Shown here piece by piece: positions 1 to 15,335 of a stretch of 64,000 bases of DNA. The notes beneath the pieces were generated by a model. The model was not told the origin of the DNA. It worked only from the letters and a program-made list of their open reading frames with translations, and made no database searches. Positions within the stretch are counted from its first letter, which is position 1, and each line of letters opens with the position of its first letter. Source of the DNA: Eledone cirrhosa (lineage: Eukaryota); contig OZ024742.1 in NCBI GenBank assembly GCA_964016885.1, positions 231,508,001-231,572,000 on the forward strand, read 5' to 3'. The position numbers and the translations under genes are program-made.

Positions 1-140
1 GTAATGGGGAGTAACATCGCCGATACAGCCCAGATCGGCCATATCAGGATTGCTGAAAACAGAGCAGTATTGTTTCTGCAGTATCTCACCCATGGTTTTA
101 GCATTGTCTTGAAGAGTGCCATTTTTCATCAATTAGAGGG

Positions 141-1290
<1,150 letters not shown>

Positions 1291-1708
1291 ATATATATAT
1301 ATATATATATAACTTCGTTTTTGTATTTGTTTTGCAAGATTTCTCATCTGAAAATGTATGTTGAAACAGATATTGTTATACTTTGGGAGGATTATGCTGC
1401 CAATAACAACACAAACACACCCGTTGGTTTTCACTTCAATTTATTATAATAAAAAGGTGCAGAAAGATACAGCTCACAAAAAAAAAGATGGTGTACGACA
1501 GAACAAAAGAGAGACACAAAATAACAAATTAGTCAGTGAGGAGGTCACAGAATGTGTGATAAAAGAACTTTGACAATAAACAACCATCCAGTTATTTAAC
1601 TAACCAACAGGAAGTTTACAATAAATTGAAGTGAAAACCAGCAGGTGCATGTGTTTTTATTGGCAGCATGGCCCTCCCAAAGTTAACTATACATATATAT
1701 ATATATAT

Positions 1709-1896
1709 CAGGATTAAACCAGTCTTATACTAATTAGACTATTATTCAATAGAATATTCGATACTTGGGATAGTTGAGTGTGACTATATTAGAAAGGGTC
1801 AGGGTCCAACGGCTGAGCTCTTGCTAGTTCCACATGTCTGGAACTAGCTGTTGAAACGGCAAGAGCTCAGCCATCAGGCTCTGACTCTTTCTAATA
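1709..1896. repeat. Small fold-back element (PLE-type inverted 3' end plus tail)
   Basis: Imperfect arms 1787-1824 and 1859-1896, inner hairpin GCTAGTTCCA/TGGAACTAGC, about 75-nt left extension, TA tracts on both sides. Confidence 0.65.
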
Positions 1897-2079
1897 AATA
1901 TATACATACACACACTAGATACTGAATAAATCAATATAATCCAAATATAAGGAAGCCGACCCCCACCACATATAATTCTATCAATGATGAGGCTAAATAT
2001 ACTGCCACAGTCACAAGGGTAGAAAATAGATCAGGATGCCTAGCGAAGTGAGGGGGTTTATATAACACTTAAAGACCAT

Positions 2080-3560
2080 AAGGATGACTTTATGATTAAC
2101 CCAACATTTAAATTCGTTAACCCCACTAAGACAGAATTAGGCTTTGTTAATAAAAACCTACTTGAAATTTGAATAGGAATATTAAAAAACGTTAACCCCA
2201 CTAAGACAGAATTAGGCTTTGTTAATAAAAACCTACTAGAAATTTGAATAGGAATATTAAAAAACGGTGTAAGCTTAACCAATTGGAAAATAGCCATGTG
2301 GTGCTAGATTGGTTTAACTCCCTTAAGCATATTCACTCAATTCAATATCGTGGTCTTTTAACTGTCAATATCCAGTGACTTACTTAATAAGGTCCTGGAC
2401 TTGACTGGTAGATTTAGCGATATACATGACTTGGAGCGACTGGTAATATTTCACTGTTGTAAAACCCTCTTCTTCAAGAAGGGGGAGGCCTGGATAAAGA
2501 AATCTGTGAAAAACAACTTCTTTGATATTCCTATAGGGTCATTTGACAGCATGGATATTTGTGATTTGGAGGGGCTCTTTACCCTGGATACCTTACACAT
2601 GACATTCCCAGATTTCCAGGTGAGATTATACCATGGCAATGGTCTGGTCCTTATGAGCCATAAAAATGACCATGACCTTGACACTTTTAAGAAAGAATTA
2701 ATCACCACTTTTAGGGCGCTAGGACTGAAAAATCACCATATCCACCAACCAAACCAATGTTAACTTCAACCTAGACCTACATACACACATCTATAAACCA
2801 TTCCATTAGCCTAGTCAAAACCTTTGATACACACACAAGAACTCCTGTCATTCCCCTACAGTCATAAAACATTTAGTTAAAAATATTAGAAAGTGGATCT
2901 CTAATCTCTCTTCAAACCAAGCTATTTTCGGTAGATCAATCCCTTACTACAACACAGCCTTATGCCATAGCAGCTTTTCTGGGAATATATGCTAACTCCA
3001 AACCACTCCCCAAATATTAATAGGAAAACAAACTAGAAATAGAGCAAAAATCTGGTCTTCCCCTCTTTTCTCATTAAGTGTCAAAACTAATGTTGCAAAT
3101 AACTTTTTAACGCTCATATATCCACACTTCCTCCTAGGACATAATTATCACAAGATTTTTAACCATCATAGGGTTAAATTGGATACTGCTGTGCCAGGAA
3201 CATGAAGTCATGCATCCTGCATAAGTAACAGAGCCCCCAGGTATATGGATATTCTTGTAAAAAACCTGAGTCATGCCCACTGGATCAACAATGCAATATC
3301 CTAGTGATAATGTACAAAGCTTTGGTTTCTTCATTGAGTCAACGCCACCAAAACAAATCCTGGATATAAGTTGGTATGTCTGAGAACTAGTTTAAAAACT
3401 GCTTCCTTAATCATGAAATTACTTTCAGATACCCACATAAAAGAAACAACAAATTTGGTAAATAAAATATGGCAACTCAAAGACTCAAAGACAAGAACAT
3501 AGACTTCTCCACCAAATGGAAGATATTGGAAAATTTTCGACCAAATATAAATGTCTGTGT
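2080..3560 (+). pseudogene. Degraded Penelope-like retroelement (Hydra-type RT plus GIY-YIG remnant)
   Basis: ORF 2401-2763 has AWIKK, FDIPIGSFDSMDICDLEGL and LYHGNGL (decayed FDVxMGSxDGAEVCELVG and YRDDGL). A downstream IWQLK...KWKI remnant and an in-frame 75-bp tandem duplication (2116-2265) are present. Confidence 0.82.
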
Positions 3561-3613
3561 ATATTTTAATTATTTATTATATATTTTAATTAATTATTTG
3601 TGTCACCGGTGGT

Positions 3614-3651
<38 letters not shown>

Positions 3652-3678
3652 GGTGTGTGTGTGTGTACGTGTGTGTGT

Positions 3679-4016
3679 GAAGGCACATGACTTAGTGGTT
3701 AGAGCTTCGGGTTTACAATTGTGAAGTCGTGAGTTTGATTCTCAGATCGGGCTTTGAGTTGTGCTCTTGAGAAAACCACTTTATTTCACGTTGCTCCAGT
3801 TCACTCAACTGTAGAAATCAGTTGCAACGTCATTGGTGCCAAGCTGTATCAGCCTTTACCTTTATCTTGGACAGCATCCGTGGCATGGAGAGGGGAGACT
3901 GGTATGCATGGGTAACTGCTGGTCTTCCACCAACAGTCTTGCCCAGACTTGTGATTCAGAGGGCAACTTTCTAGATGTAAATCCCATGGTCATTCGTGAC
4001 CAAAGTGGGTTTTTAC
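3679..4016 (+). mobile_element. tRNA-derived SINE (family A relative, CORE-like centre)
   Basis: A box TGACTTAGTGG, B box GAGTTTGATTC, central CTTGAGAAAACCACTTTATTTCACGTTGCTCCAG shared with other copies. Confidence 0.8.
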
Positions 4017-4745
4017 GCATATATATATATATATATCATCAATATTATATTTATATATAGATTCCGAATTGAGTTTGATATCAGATTTTTGCTTTAAAAA
4101 ATAGTCAGATTCCTGATGAAGTTAGACCTGAAATGTGAGAAGAAAGAAAACTTGCAGGCTAGTTGGTGTGCAAAGTCCTTTTTGGTTTCCCTTATGTTCA
4201 GCATGTAAGAATTACAGTGACGGATTTGAGATTTATCCAGGTTTTGTAGAAACTGTTGTGTGTCTGTAATGTTGCAATAGAGAGCATAGGCAGAATGGAT
4301 GTTTACAATAGGTTAAAAGAAGTCTGGATGATCAGATTTTCCGATATAAATAGAGACTGTAATTCTTTTGGAGGTAAAAAAAAGATCAAGGATGTTGAGA
4401 GTGTTAGTGTATTAGTCAGGGAAATTGGGACAGACTATGCTGTCATCAACAACATACAGTTAAAAACTATCTAATCCTTACAAATACTTTTACATTTGCT
4501 TTGCAATTTGAGTTGATTTTTCATGTCAACAACATGTTTTTCACGCAATCAAGTTTCATAGCTATTGTTCATAATTAAATACTTTAGCCCTGAACCAGAG
4601 CAAAATCTGTCCAAAGCACAAATACACCAAACACCACTGCATTGTTCATTTCTCTTTCTCTCACTCATGGATGTACAAATTTTCTAGAATAATATTCAAA
4701 GAGGCCAGTCTTGAGTATTGGTAAATATTCCTATTATTGTGCTGT

Positions 4746-4960
4746 GTGGATTGGCAGTATCGGTAGAGTTAGGACAACATACTTTGTGGCATATCGTTAA
4801 GTCCCTTAACGTTCTGAGTTCAAATCCTGCTGAGGTTACCTTTGCCTTTCATCCTTACAGAGTCAATAAAATAAAGCACAAGTAATGCACTGGGGTTGAT
4901 GTAATGGACTTTCCCCTCCCCACAAATTGTTGGCCTTGTACCTAAATTAGAAATTATTAT
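4746..4960 (+). mobile_element. tRNA-derived SINE family B
   Basis: GGATTGGCAGTATCGGTAGAG head, GAGTTCAAATCC B box, GCCTTTCATCCTTAC central domain, (ATT)n tail. Confidence 0.82.
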
Positions 4961-5449
4961 TGTGCTGATTACAACAATCTGTTCTCATCCTAACCCTTTC
5001 CATACAAAACACCTGAAACCACCCCAGGTTCTACAATAGAAAACTGTTTATTTTAGAATGTTTATGTTTATCTAAAACCATTCCATCATAATTTTATGTA
5101 AGAACCTATAAGTTATGTTCCAAAAGGCAACTTAATAACAAGAAAGTTAATTATATTTCTACATCCCTCAAATTCTTGATTATTTTAGAATCATAGACAG
5201 TGTCTTTCATTAGAAATATGGAAAAAAAGAGTTAACAGACAGACTGATATAGGTGTAAAGTTGGAATAGTTGTGCAGCTGTGTCTAGAGATATGGTAGGG
5301 TGAATATGACTTTGATGTCATAAGCATATGAGGTTGTGGAAGTGTGGGATGGTTGTGTTGTGTAGGTATAGGTTAAAAAGAATGTGCAAGATATCCTTGT
5401 GCCACTCTTCTTCTTTGCTCACTTATTTTTGAGAGGGTCGTGGGGGAAG

Positions 5450-5915
5450 AGTTCTCAAACACTCCTTTTAGTAGGTCCTGCCAGAAGCAACTGTCTCCAA
5501 CTGATCTGGCTGGATCCCCAAGTGTGACCTAGCCAAGCTCATGGATGTTATCCAACCATCTTGCTCAATGTCTACACCTGGATCTGCTGCCAGTTGGTTT
5601 TGCCCGTAAAATCTGTCCAGCAATTCTTTCCTGAGACATTCTGACCACATGTCTGTAGTGTCAGAGCTGTGATCTATCAATTCAGAGAAGTAATGGCGCT
5701 AACTGAAACAACTCCCTGATCTCCAAACTACACACTCTATCATGTAACATTACTTTATAAACCTTTTGGAGGAACCCCATTTTGGCCACTTGTGTTCACG
5801 ATCATATTCTTTTGGTTATTACCCAAGATTATTGACCATAGGTAAGGGTTGACTGAATTGAAGATAGTGAGTTTGGCTTTTACACCTACCTCCCTCCTTC
5901 TGATTACCGAATGCT
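5450..5915 (-). pseudogene. Old RTE-like LINE 3' fragment
   Basis: Minus strand gives decayed RT C-terminal peptides (GHVVRMSQERIA...RWLDNI...LGIQPDQLETVAS). Confidence 0.55.
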
Positions 5916-6460
5916 GAAGCTGGTGCATTATTGCCTCAGCTCCTGGAATTCTTGTGGCAGTTTATTAGGAAAATTGCAAATTCTTGATGCGTTTTTGTTA
6001 TGCAATATTTGACCATGGCAACCTGAGAGTTAATGTTTTGTGTTGTTTTTAGGGAAATGTTGAGTATTTTGTGTATAAATCTTGAAGGTTCTTTATTTTG
6101 GTAAGTTTTATAAGCCATATTTGTATGTCTTTGAGACAGCCAGTGTGAATGCATTTGAATGAGCTTGCAGACAGCATAACTATAGTCTGTGAGTAGGTGT
6201 GCAGGCATGTCCGGTAATTGAGATGTTAACCAGTAATTGAGATCCTAAAAATGGAAAAGCCACAGTCAACTGGGTCAAAGACACTTTGAGCGCAGCCAGT
6301 TAGAATCTTGTCTTTCCTTCACCGATAACAATGTATTTCATGTCTGAAATTATTGACTCAACCGTAATCAGTTAACACTATGTAGATCTATTTTATTCCC
6401 TATTGTATAAATAATATTACAAATAAAAAAAAAGAAAAGAAAAAAACAGAAGCGGGTAGC

Positions 6461-6550
6461 ACACACATCTAGGACCACATACAACACATAATCAGATAAT
6501 ACACACATCTAGGACCACATACAACACATAATCAGATAATACACACATCT
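6461..6550. repeat. 40-bp direct tandem duplication
   Basis: ACACACATCTAGGACCACATACAACACATAATCAGATAAT twice plus a partial third copy. Confidence 0.9.
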
Positions 6551-6856
6551 TTGGAATATTATTAATCGATTTTTTAGTAATCTACTGATATAAAAATCAG
6601 TAGTATATTGAAAAATGAAAAAATAGGGGGGGGGGGGGGGGCGTTTCGTGATTTCGAGGGACAAAAGGGGGCGTTTAGCCTAAATGGGTTGAGAACCTGT
6701 GCTTTAGAGAGAGAAATGAGACTTCTAGGTGTTTGGAAAATGTGGTTAGGTAACTAACTGATTGGTCTGTGTAATGCTGCTCCAGCTGAGCTATAAAACT
6801 GTGATGAATTTGCTTAGTTTCCATATTGAGGATTTGGACATCATCATAATCATTAA

Positions 6857-7077
6857 CCCTTTAGCATTTACATTACTCAATATTTACTGTTGTATTTTCA
6901 TGGTAAACACTTTATTCTATATAATTATCTCAAATAATATCGAATCTACAAGATTTTGATATTATGTATTTTGAGAACAATACCTTAAAATAAGTATGAG
7001 CTGCTGGTTATGGCTGGTTTAAAGAGAAAGAGGTGAGAAAATTCTGGCTGGATATGACCAGTTTAAATGCTAAAGGG
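6857..7077. mobile_element. piggyBac-type MITE
   Basis: TIRs CCCTTTAGCATTTA / TAAATGCTAAAGGG, each flanked by a TTAA target site. Confidence 0.85.
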
Positions 7078-7904
7078 TTAAATGTCTGATTTTCTTTTAA
7101 TGCTGGCCTGCTTTGGATGGGTCATCATAGGACAAGTTTATCTTAGTTACTGTCTTCACAAGTCAGGCCAGGTTGCCATCAGTTGTGTACATATGTTTCA
7201 GTTTAGTCATGGTTTCTACAGCTTTGGTAAGGTTTCAACAGCTGGAAACCTTCATATCACCTGTCACATATAAGTATAAATAGTTATTGTTGTGTAAATC
7301 TAGGTCAGCTCTTATCAAGCAGACTCATTGAATGAGAAGTTAAAATTGTCTGCGAGTGCAATAATTCCTTCTGGTGACTATTAGAAAGAAGATATTAACC
7401 ATTTTGATATTAACCTAGTCCAAACAGGTTCTGGTTCTGTGAAACAAAAGCACCTATTTTAAAGGGTTCCTATTAATATTCAAATCTTCAAACATAATTC
7501 TATATGTTGGGTTATTATCTTAGTAATGAAATAATTAATAATTTTAGTAAATCCCATAAAATTCTTTGTTAATTAATTTAAATAAAGGGTATTTCACTAG
7601 AAATATAGTTATGAAAGGATTAAGGTTGTGGTGAAGATGGAAAGTACATCATCATCGTTTTTATATTGACTTTTCTATACTGGCATGGGTTGGACAGGAC
7701 TTTTTGAGGAATTGTTTTACGATCAGATACCCTTCCTGACACCAACCCGTTTAGTTGCTTCTAACGATATGAAAGGACATCTTGTACCTATACTAAACAG
7801 GATACATACAATATAGAATTAATATAACAGACATTGTAATTGAGAGCTTACAAAATAAAATTTAAGAGGAACAGGTGTACAGGAAAAGTTACCATCATCA
7901 GTGA

Positions 7905-10900
7905 ATGATGATGGTGGTAGTGGTGGTGGTTGGGGTAATGATGGTGGTAGTGGTAGTGGTTGGTGTGGTGATGGTGGTAGTGGTGGTGATTGGTGTGATG
8001 ATGTTGGTGGTGGTTGGTGTGGTGATGGTGGTAGTGGTGGTGGTTGATGTGATGATAGTGGTAGTGGTGGTGGTTGGTGTGATGATGATGGTAGTGGTGT
8101 TGGTGGTGGTTGGTGTGATGATCGTGGTAGTGGCGGTGGTTGATGTGATGATGGTGGTAGTGGTGGTGGTTGATGTGATGATGGTGGTAGTGGTGGTGGT
8201 TGATGTGATGATGGTGGTAGTGGTGGTGGTTGGTGTGATGATGGTGATAGCGGTGGTGGTTGGGGTGATGATTGTGGTAGCGGTGGTGGTGGTTGGTGTG
8301 ATGATGGTGGTAGCGGTGGTGGTTGGGGTGATGATTGTGGTAGCGGTGGTGGTGGTTGGTGTGATGATGGTGGTAGTGGTGGTGGGTTGTGTGATGATGG
8401 TGGTAGTGGTGGTGGTTGGTGTGATGATGGTGGTAGTGGTGGTGGGTTGTGTGATGATGGTGGTAGTGGTGGTGGTTGGTGGTTGGTGTGATGTGGTAAT
8501 AGTGGTAGTGCTTGTGGTTGGTGTTATGATGGTGGTAGAGATGGAGGTTGGTGTGATGATGGTGGTAGCAGTGGTGGTTCGTGTGATTATGGTGGTAGTG
8601 GTGGTGGTGGTGGTGGTGGTTGGTGTGGCGATGGTGGTAGTGGTAGCGGTGGAAGTTGGTGTGATGATGATGGTAGTGGTAGCGGTGTGGTAGTGGTGGT
8701 GGTTGGTGTGATAATGGTGGTAGTGGTGGTGGTTGGTGTGATGATGGTGGTGGTTGGTGTGATGATGATGGGAGGGGTGGTGTTTGGTGTGATGATGGTG
8801 GTAGTGGTAGTGGTGGTGGTTGGTGTTATGATGGTGGTAGTGGTGGTGGTGGTGGTTGGTGTTATGATGGTGGTAGTGGTGGTGGTGGTTGGTGTGGTGA
8901 TGGTGGTAGTGGTAGCGGTGGTGGTTGGTGTGGTGATGGTGGTAGTGGTCGTGGTGGTTGGTGTGGTGATGGTGGTAGTGGTAGTGGTGGTGGTTGGTGT
9001 TATGATGGTGGTAGTGGTGGTGGTGGTTGGTGTGGTGATGGTGGTAGTGGTAGCGGTGGTGGTTGGTGTGGTGATGGTGGTAGTGGTCGTGGTGGTTGGT
9101 GTGATGATGGTGGTAGTGTTGGTGGTGGTAGTGGTGGTGGTGCTGGTTGGTGTGGTGATGGTGGTAGTGGTGGTGGTTGGTGTGGTGATGGGGGTAGTGG
9201 TGGTGGTGGTAGTGGTCGTGGTGGTTGGTGTGGTGATGGTGGTAGTGGTGGTGGTGGTAGTGGTGGTGGTGCTGGTTGGTGTGGTGATGGTGGTAGTGGT
9301 GGTGGTTGGTGTGGTGATGGGGGTGGTGGTGGTGGTTGGTGTGGTGATGGGGGTAGTGGTGGTGGTGGTTGGTGTGGTGATGGTGGTAGTGGTCGTGGTG
9401 GTTGGTGTGGTGATGGTGGTGGTGGTAGTGGTGGTGGTGCTGGTTGGTGTGGTGATGGTGGTAGTGGTGGTGGTTGGTGTGGTGATGGGGGTGGTGGTGG
9501 TGGTTGGTGTGGTGATGGGGGTAGTGGTGGTGGTGGTTGGTGTGGTGATGGTGGTAGTGGTCGTGGTGGTTGGTGTGGTGATGGTGGTAGTGGTAGCGGT
9601 GGTGGTTGGTGTGGTGATGGTGGTAGTGGTGGTGGTGGTTGGTGTGGTGATGGTGGTAGTGGTAGCGGTGGTGGTTGGTGTGGTGATGGTGGTAGTGGTC
9701 GTAGTGGTTGGTGTGATGATGGTGGTAGTGTTGGTGGTGGTAGTGGTGGTGGTGCTGGTTGGTGTGGTGATGGTGGTAGTGGTGGTGGTTGGTGTGGTGA
9801 TGGGGGTAGTGGTGGTGGTGGTAGTGGTCGTGGTGGTTGGTGTGGTGATGGTGGTAGTGGTGGTGGTGGTAGTGGTGGTGGTGCTGGTTGGTGTGGTGAT
9901 GGTGGTAGTGGTGGTGGTTGGTGTGGTGATGGGGGTGGTGGTGGTGGTTGGTGTGGTGATGGGGGTAGTGGTGGTGGTGGTTGGTGTGGTGATGGTGGTA
10001 GTGGTGGTGGTGGTAGTGGTGGTGGTGGTTGGTGTGGTGATGGGGGTAGTGGTGGTGGTGGTTGGTGTGGTGATGGTGGTAGTGGTGGTGGTTGGTGTGA
10101 TGATGGTGGTAGTGGTGGTGGTGGTTGGTGTGGTGATGGGGGTAGTGGTGGTGGTTGGTGTGATGATGGTGGTAGTGGTGGTGGTTGGTGTGATGATGGG
10201 GGTAGTGGTGGTGGTTGGTGTTATGATGGTGGTGGTTAGTGTGGTGATGGTGGTAGTGGTGGTGGTGGTGGTTGGTGTGATGATGGTGGTAGTGGTGGTG
10301 GTTGGTGTGATGATAGTGGTAGAGGTGGTGGTTGGTGTGATGATGGTGGTAGTGGTGGTGGTTGGTGTGATGATGGTGGTAGAGGTGGTGGTTGGTGTGA
10401 TGATGGTGGTAGTGGTGGTGGTTGGTGTGATGATGGTGGTAGTGGTGGTGGTTGGTGTGATGATGGTGGTAGTGGTGGTGGTTGGTGTGGTGATGGTGGT
10501 AGTGGTGGTGGTTGGTGTGATGATGGTGGTAGTGGTGGTGGTTGGTGTGATGATGGTGGTAGTGGTGGTGGTTGGTGTGGTGATGGTGGTAGAGGTGGTG
10601 GTTGGTGTGATGATGGTGGTAGTGGTGGTGGTTGGTGTGATGATGGTGGTAGTGGTGGTGGTTGGTGTGATGATGGAGGTAGTGGTGGTGGTTGGTGTGA
10701 TGATGGTGGTAGTGGTGGTGGTTGGTGTGATGATGGAGGTAGTGGTGGTGGTTGGTGTGGTGATGGTGGTAGTGGTGGTGGTTGGTGTGATGATAGTGGT
10801 AGCAGTGGTGATTGGTGTGGTGATGGTAGTAGCAGTGGTGGTGGTGTGATGATGGTGGTAGATGTGGTGGGTGGTGTGAAGACGGTGGTAGTGGTGGTGG

Positions 10901-13900
10901 TTGGTGTGATGATGGTGGTAGTGGTGGTGGTGGTTGGTGTGGTGATGGTGGTAGTGGTGGTGGTTGGTGTGATGATGGTGGTAGTGGTGGTGGTTGGTGT
11001 CATGAGGGTGGTAGCGGTGGTGGTTGGTGTGATGATGGTGGTAGTGGTGGTGGTGGTTGCTGTGGTGATGGTGGTAGTGGTGGTGGTTGGTGTGATGATG
11101 GTGGTAGAGGTGGTGGTTTGGTGTGATGATGGTGGTAGTGGTAGCGGTGGTGGTTGCTGTGATGATGGTGGTGGTGGTGGTTGGTGTGATGATGGTGGTA
11201 TTGGTGGTAGCGGTGGTGGTTGCTGTGATGATGGTGGTAGTGGTGGTGGTTCGTCTGATAATGGTGGTGGTGGTGGTTGGTGTAATGATGGTGGTAGTGG
11301 TGGTGGTTAGTGTGATGATGGTGGTAGAGGCGGTGGTGGTTGGTGTGGTGATGGTAGTAGTGGTAGCGGTGGTGGTTGGTGTGATGATGGTAGTAGGGGT
11401 GGTGGTTGGTGTGATGATGGTGGTAGTGGTGGTGGTGGTGGTTGGTGTGATGATGGTGGTAGTGGTGGTGGTTGGTGTTATGATGGTGGTAGGGGTGGTG
11501 GTTGGTGTGATGATGGTGGTAGTGGTAGCGGTGGTGGTTGGTGTGATGATGGTAGTAGGGGTGGTGGTTGGTGTGATGATGGTGGTAGTGGTGGTGGTGG
11601 TGGTTGGTGTGATGATAGTGGTAGTGGTGGTGGTTGGTGTTATGATGGTGGTAGGGGTGGTGGTTGGTGTGATGATGGTGGTAGTGGTAGCGGTGGTGGT
11701 TGGTGTGATGATGGTAGTAGGGGTGGTGGTTGGTGTGGTGATGGTGGTAGTGGTGGTGGTTGGAGTGATAATGGTGGTAGCGGTGGTGGTTGGTGTGATG
11801 ATGGTAGTAGTGGTAGCGGTGGTGGTTGGTGTTATGATGGTGGTAGTGGTGGTAGTTGGTGTGGTGATGGTGGTAGTGGTGGTGGGTGGTGTGATGCTGG
11901 TGGTAGTGGTGGTGATTGGTATCATGAGGGTGGTAGTGGTGGTGGTGGTGGTTGGTGTGGTGATGTAGCGGTGGTGGTTGGTGTGATAATGGTGGTAGTG
12001 GTGGTGGTGGTGGTTGGTGTGATGATAGTGATAGGGGGTGAAGGGGGGGGGGGGAGTTGGGGTGATGATGGTAGTAGCGGTGGTGGTTGGTGTGGTGATG
12101 GTGGTAGTGGTGGTGGTTGGTATGATGATGGTGGTGGTGGTGGTGGTTGGTGTGATGATGGTGGTAGTGGTAGCGGTGTGGTAGTGGTGGTGGTTGGTGT
12201 GATGATGGTGGTAGGGGCGGTGGTTGGTGTGGTGATGGTGGTAGTGGTGGTGGTTGGTATGATGATGGTGGTGGTGGTGGTTGGTGTTATGATGGTGGTA
12301 GTGGTAGCGGTGGTGGTTGGTGTGATGATGGTGGTAGGGGTGGTGGTTGTGGTGAAGATGATGGTAGCAGTGCTGGTTGGTTTGATGATGGGGGTAGTGG
12401 TAGCGGTGGTGGTTGGTCTGATGATAGTGGTGGTGGTGGTGGTTGGTGTGATGATGGTGGTAGTGGTAGGGGTGGTGGTTGGTGTGATGATGGTGGTGGT
12501 GGTGGTTGGTGTGATGATGGTGGTAGGAGTGGTGGTTGGTGTGGTGATGGTGGTAGTGGTGGTGGTGGTTGGTGTGAAGATGGTAGTGGTAGTGGTGGTG
12601 GTTGGTGTGGTGATGGGGGTAGTGGTGGTGGTTGGTGTGATGATGGTGGTAGTGGTGGTGGTGGTGGTTGGTGTGATGATGGTGGTAGTGGTGGTTGGTG
12701 TGATGATGGTGGTAGTGGTGGTAGTGGTGGTTGGTGTGGTGATGGTGGTAGTGGTGGTGGTTGGTGTGATGATGGTGGTAGTGGTGGTGGTGGTGGTGGT
12801 GGCGGTGGTTGGTGTGAAGATGGTAGTTGTGGTAGTGGTGGTGGTTGGTGTGATGATGGTGGTAGTGGTGGTGGTGGTGGTTGGTGTGGTGATGGTGGTA
12901 GTGGTGGTGGTTAGTGTGGTGATGGTAGTCGTGGTAGTGTGGTGGTTGGTGTGATGATGGAGGTAGTGGTGGTGGTTGGTGTGATGATGGTGGTAGTGGT
13001 GGTGGTTGGTGTGATGATGGCGGTAGTGGTGGTGGTGGTTGGTGTGGTGATGGTGGTAGTGGTAGTGGTGGTGGTGGTGGTGGTTGGTGTGATGATGGTG
13101 GTAGTGGTGGTGGTTGGTTTGATGATGGAGGTAGTGGTGGTGGTTGGTGTGATGATGGTGGTAGTGGTTGTGGTGGTTGGTGTGGTGATGGTGGTAGTGG
13201 TAGTGGTGGTGGTGGTGGTTGGTGTGATGATGGTGGTAGAGCGGTTGTTGGTGTGATGATGGTGGTAGTGGTGGTGGTTGGTGTGGTGATGCTGGTAGTG
13301 GTAGTGGTAGTGGTGGTGGTGGTTGGTGTGATGATGGTGGTAGTGGTGGTTGGTGTGGTGATGGTGGTAGTGGTGGTGGTTGGTGTGATGATGGTGGTAG
13401 TGGTGGTGGTTGGTGTGATGATTGTGGTAGAGGTGGTGGTTGGTGTGATGATGGTGGTAGTGGTGGTGGTGGTTGGTGTGGTGATTGTGGTAGTGGTGGT
13501 GGTTGGTGTTATGATGGTGGTAGTGGTGGTGGTGGTTGGTGTGATGATTGTGGTAGTGGTGGTGGTTGGTGTTATGATGGTGGTAGTGGTGGTGGTTGGT
13601 GTTATGATGGTGGTAGTGGTGGTGGTTGGTGTTATGATGGTGGTAGTGGTGGTGGTTGGTGTGGTGATGGTGGTAGTGGTGGTGGTGGTTGGTGTGGTGA
13701 TGGTGGTAGTGGTAGCGGTGGTGGTTGGTGTGGTGATGGTGGTAGTGGTGGTGGTGGTTGGTGTGGTGATGGTGGTAGTGGTAGCGGTGGTGGTTGGTGT
13801 GGTGATGGTGGTAGTGGTGGTTGGTGGTTGGTGTGATGATGGTGGTAGTGTTGGTGGTGGTTGGTGTGATGATGATGGTAGTGGTAGCCGTGGTGGTTGG

Positions 13901-15335
13901 TGTGCTGATGGTGGTAGTGGTGGTGGTTGGTCTGGTGATGGTGGTGGTTGGTGTGATGATGGTGGTGGTAACAGTGGTGGTTGGTGTGGTTATGGTGGTC
14001 GTGGTGGTGATGGTGGTAGTGGTATCGGTGGTGGTTGGTGTGATGATGGTGATAGCGGTGGTGGATGGTGTGATGATGGTGGTAGTGGTGGTGGTTGGTG
14101 TGGTGATGGGGGTAGTGGTGGTGGTTGGTGTTATGATGGTGGTAGTGGTGGTGGTTGGTGTTATGATGGTGGTACCGGTGGTGGTTTGTGTGATGATGGT
14201 GGTAGGGGTGGTGGTTGGTGTGATGATGGTGGTAGGGGTGGTGGTGGTGGTTGGTGTGATGATGGTGGTAGTGGTGGTGGTGGTGGTTGTTGTGATGATG
14301 GTGGTAGCGGTGGTGGTTGGTGTGATGTTGGTGGTAGTGGTGGTGGTTGGTGTGATGATGGTGGTAGTGGTGGTGGTGGTGGTAGTGGTGGTGGTGGTGG
14401 TGGTGGTTGGTGTGATGATGGTGGTACTGCTGGTGGTTGGTGTGATAATGGTGGTAGCGGTGGTGGTTGGTGTGATTATGGTGGTACCGGTGGTGGTTGG
14501 TGTGATGATGGTGGTAGGGGTGGTGGTTGGTGTGATGATGGTGGTAGTGGTGGTGGTGGTGGTAGTGGTGGTGGTGGTGGTGGTGGTTGGTGTGATGATG
14601 GTGGTACTGCTGGTGGTTGGTGTGATAATGGTGGTAGCGGTGGTGGTTGGTGTGATGTTGGTGGTAGTGGTGGTGGTTGGTGTGATGATGGTGGTAGTGG
14701 TGGTGGTGGTGGTAGTGGTGGTGGTGGTGGTGGTGGTTGGTGTGATGATGGTGGTACTGCTGGTGGTTGGTGTGATAATGGTGGTAGCGGTGGTGGTTGG
14801 TGTGATGATGGTGGTAGGGGTGGTGGTTGGTGTGATTATGGTGGTACCGGTGGTGGTTGGTGTGATGATGGTGGTAGGGGTGGTGGTTGGTGTGATTATG
14901 GTGGTAGGGGTGGTGGTGGTTGGTGTGATGATGGTGGTAGTGCTGGTAGTTGGTGTGATAATGGTGGTAGCGGTGGTGTTTGGTGTGATAATGGTGGTAG
15001 CGGTGGTGGTTGGTGTGATGATGGTGGTAGGGGTGGTGGTTGGTGTGATGATGGCGGTAGGGGTGGTGGTAGTGGTTGGTCTGATGATGGTGGTAGTGGT
15101 GGTGGTGGTGGTGGTTGGTGTGATGATGGTGGTAGTGGTTGTTATTGGTGAGATGATGGTGGTAGTGCTGGTGGTTGGTGTGATGATGCTGGTAGGCGTG
15201 GTGGTTGGTGTGATGATGGTGGTTGTGGTGGTGGTGCTGGTGGTGGTTGGTGTGATAATGGTAGTAGTGGTGGTGGTTGGTGTGATAATGGTAGTAGTGG
15301 TGGTGGTTGGTGTGATAATGATGGTGGTGATAATC
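7905..15335 (-). repeat. About 30-bp GT-rich minisatellite array; minus strand encodes a mucin-like (TTTTTIITP)n repeat
   Basis: Unit GGTGTGATGATGGTGGTAGTGGTGGTGGTT with triplet length variants over 7.4 kb and about ten frame-shifting indels; coding status unproven. Confidence 0.9.

Noticed and set aside
4108-4142. CTGATGA...GAAA hammerhead-like motif
   Set aside because: Cleavage triplet ends in G and stems I and III are poorly supported; at best a relic.
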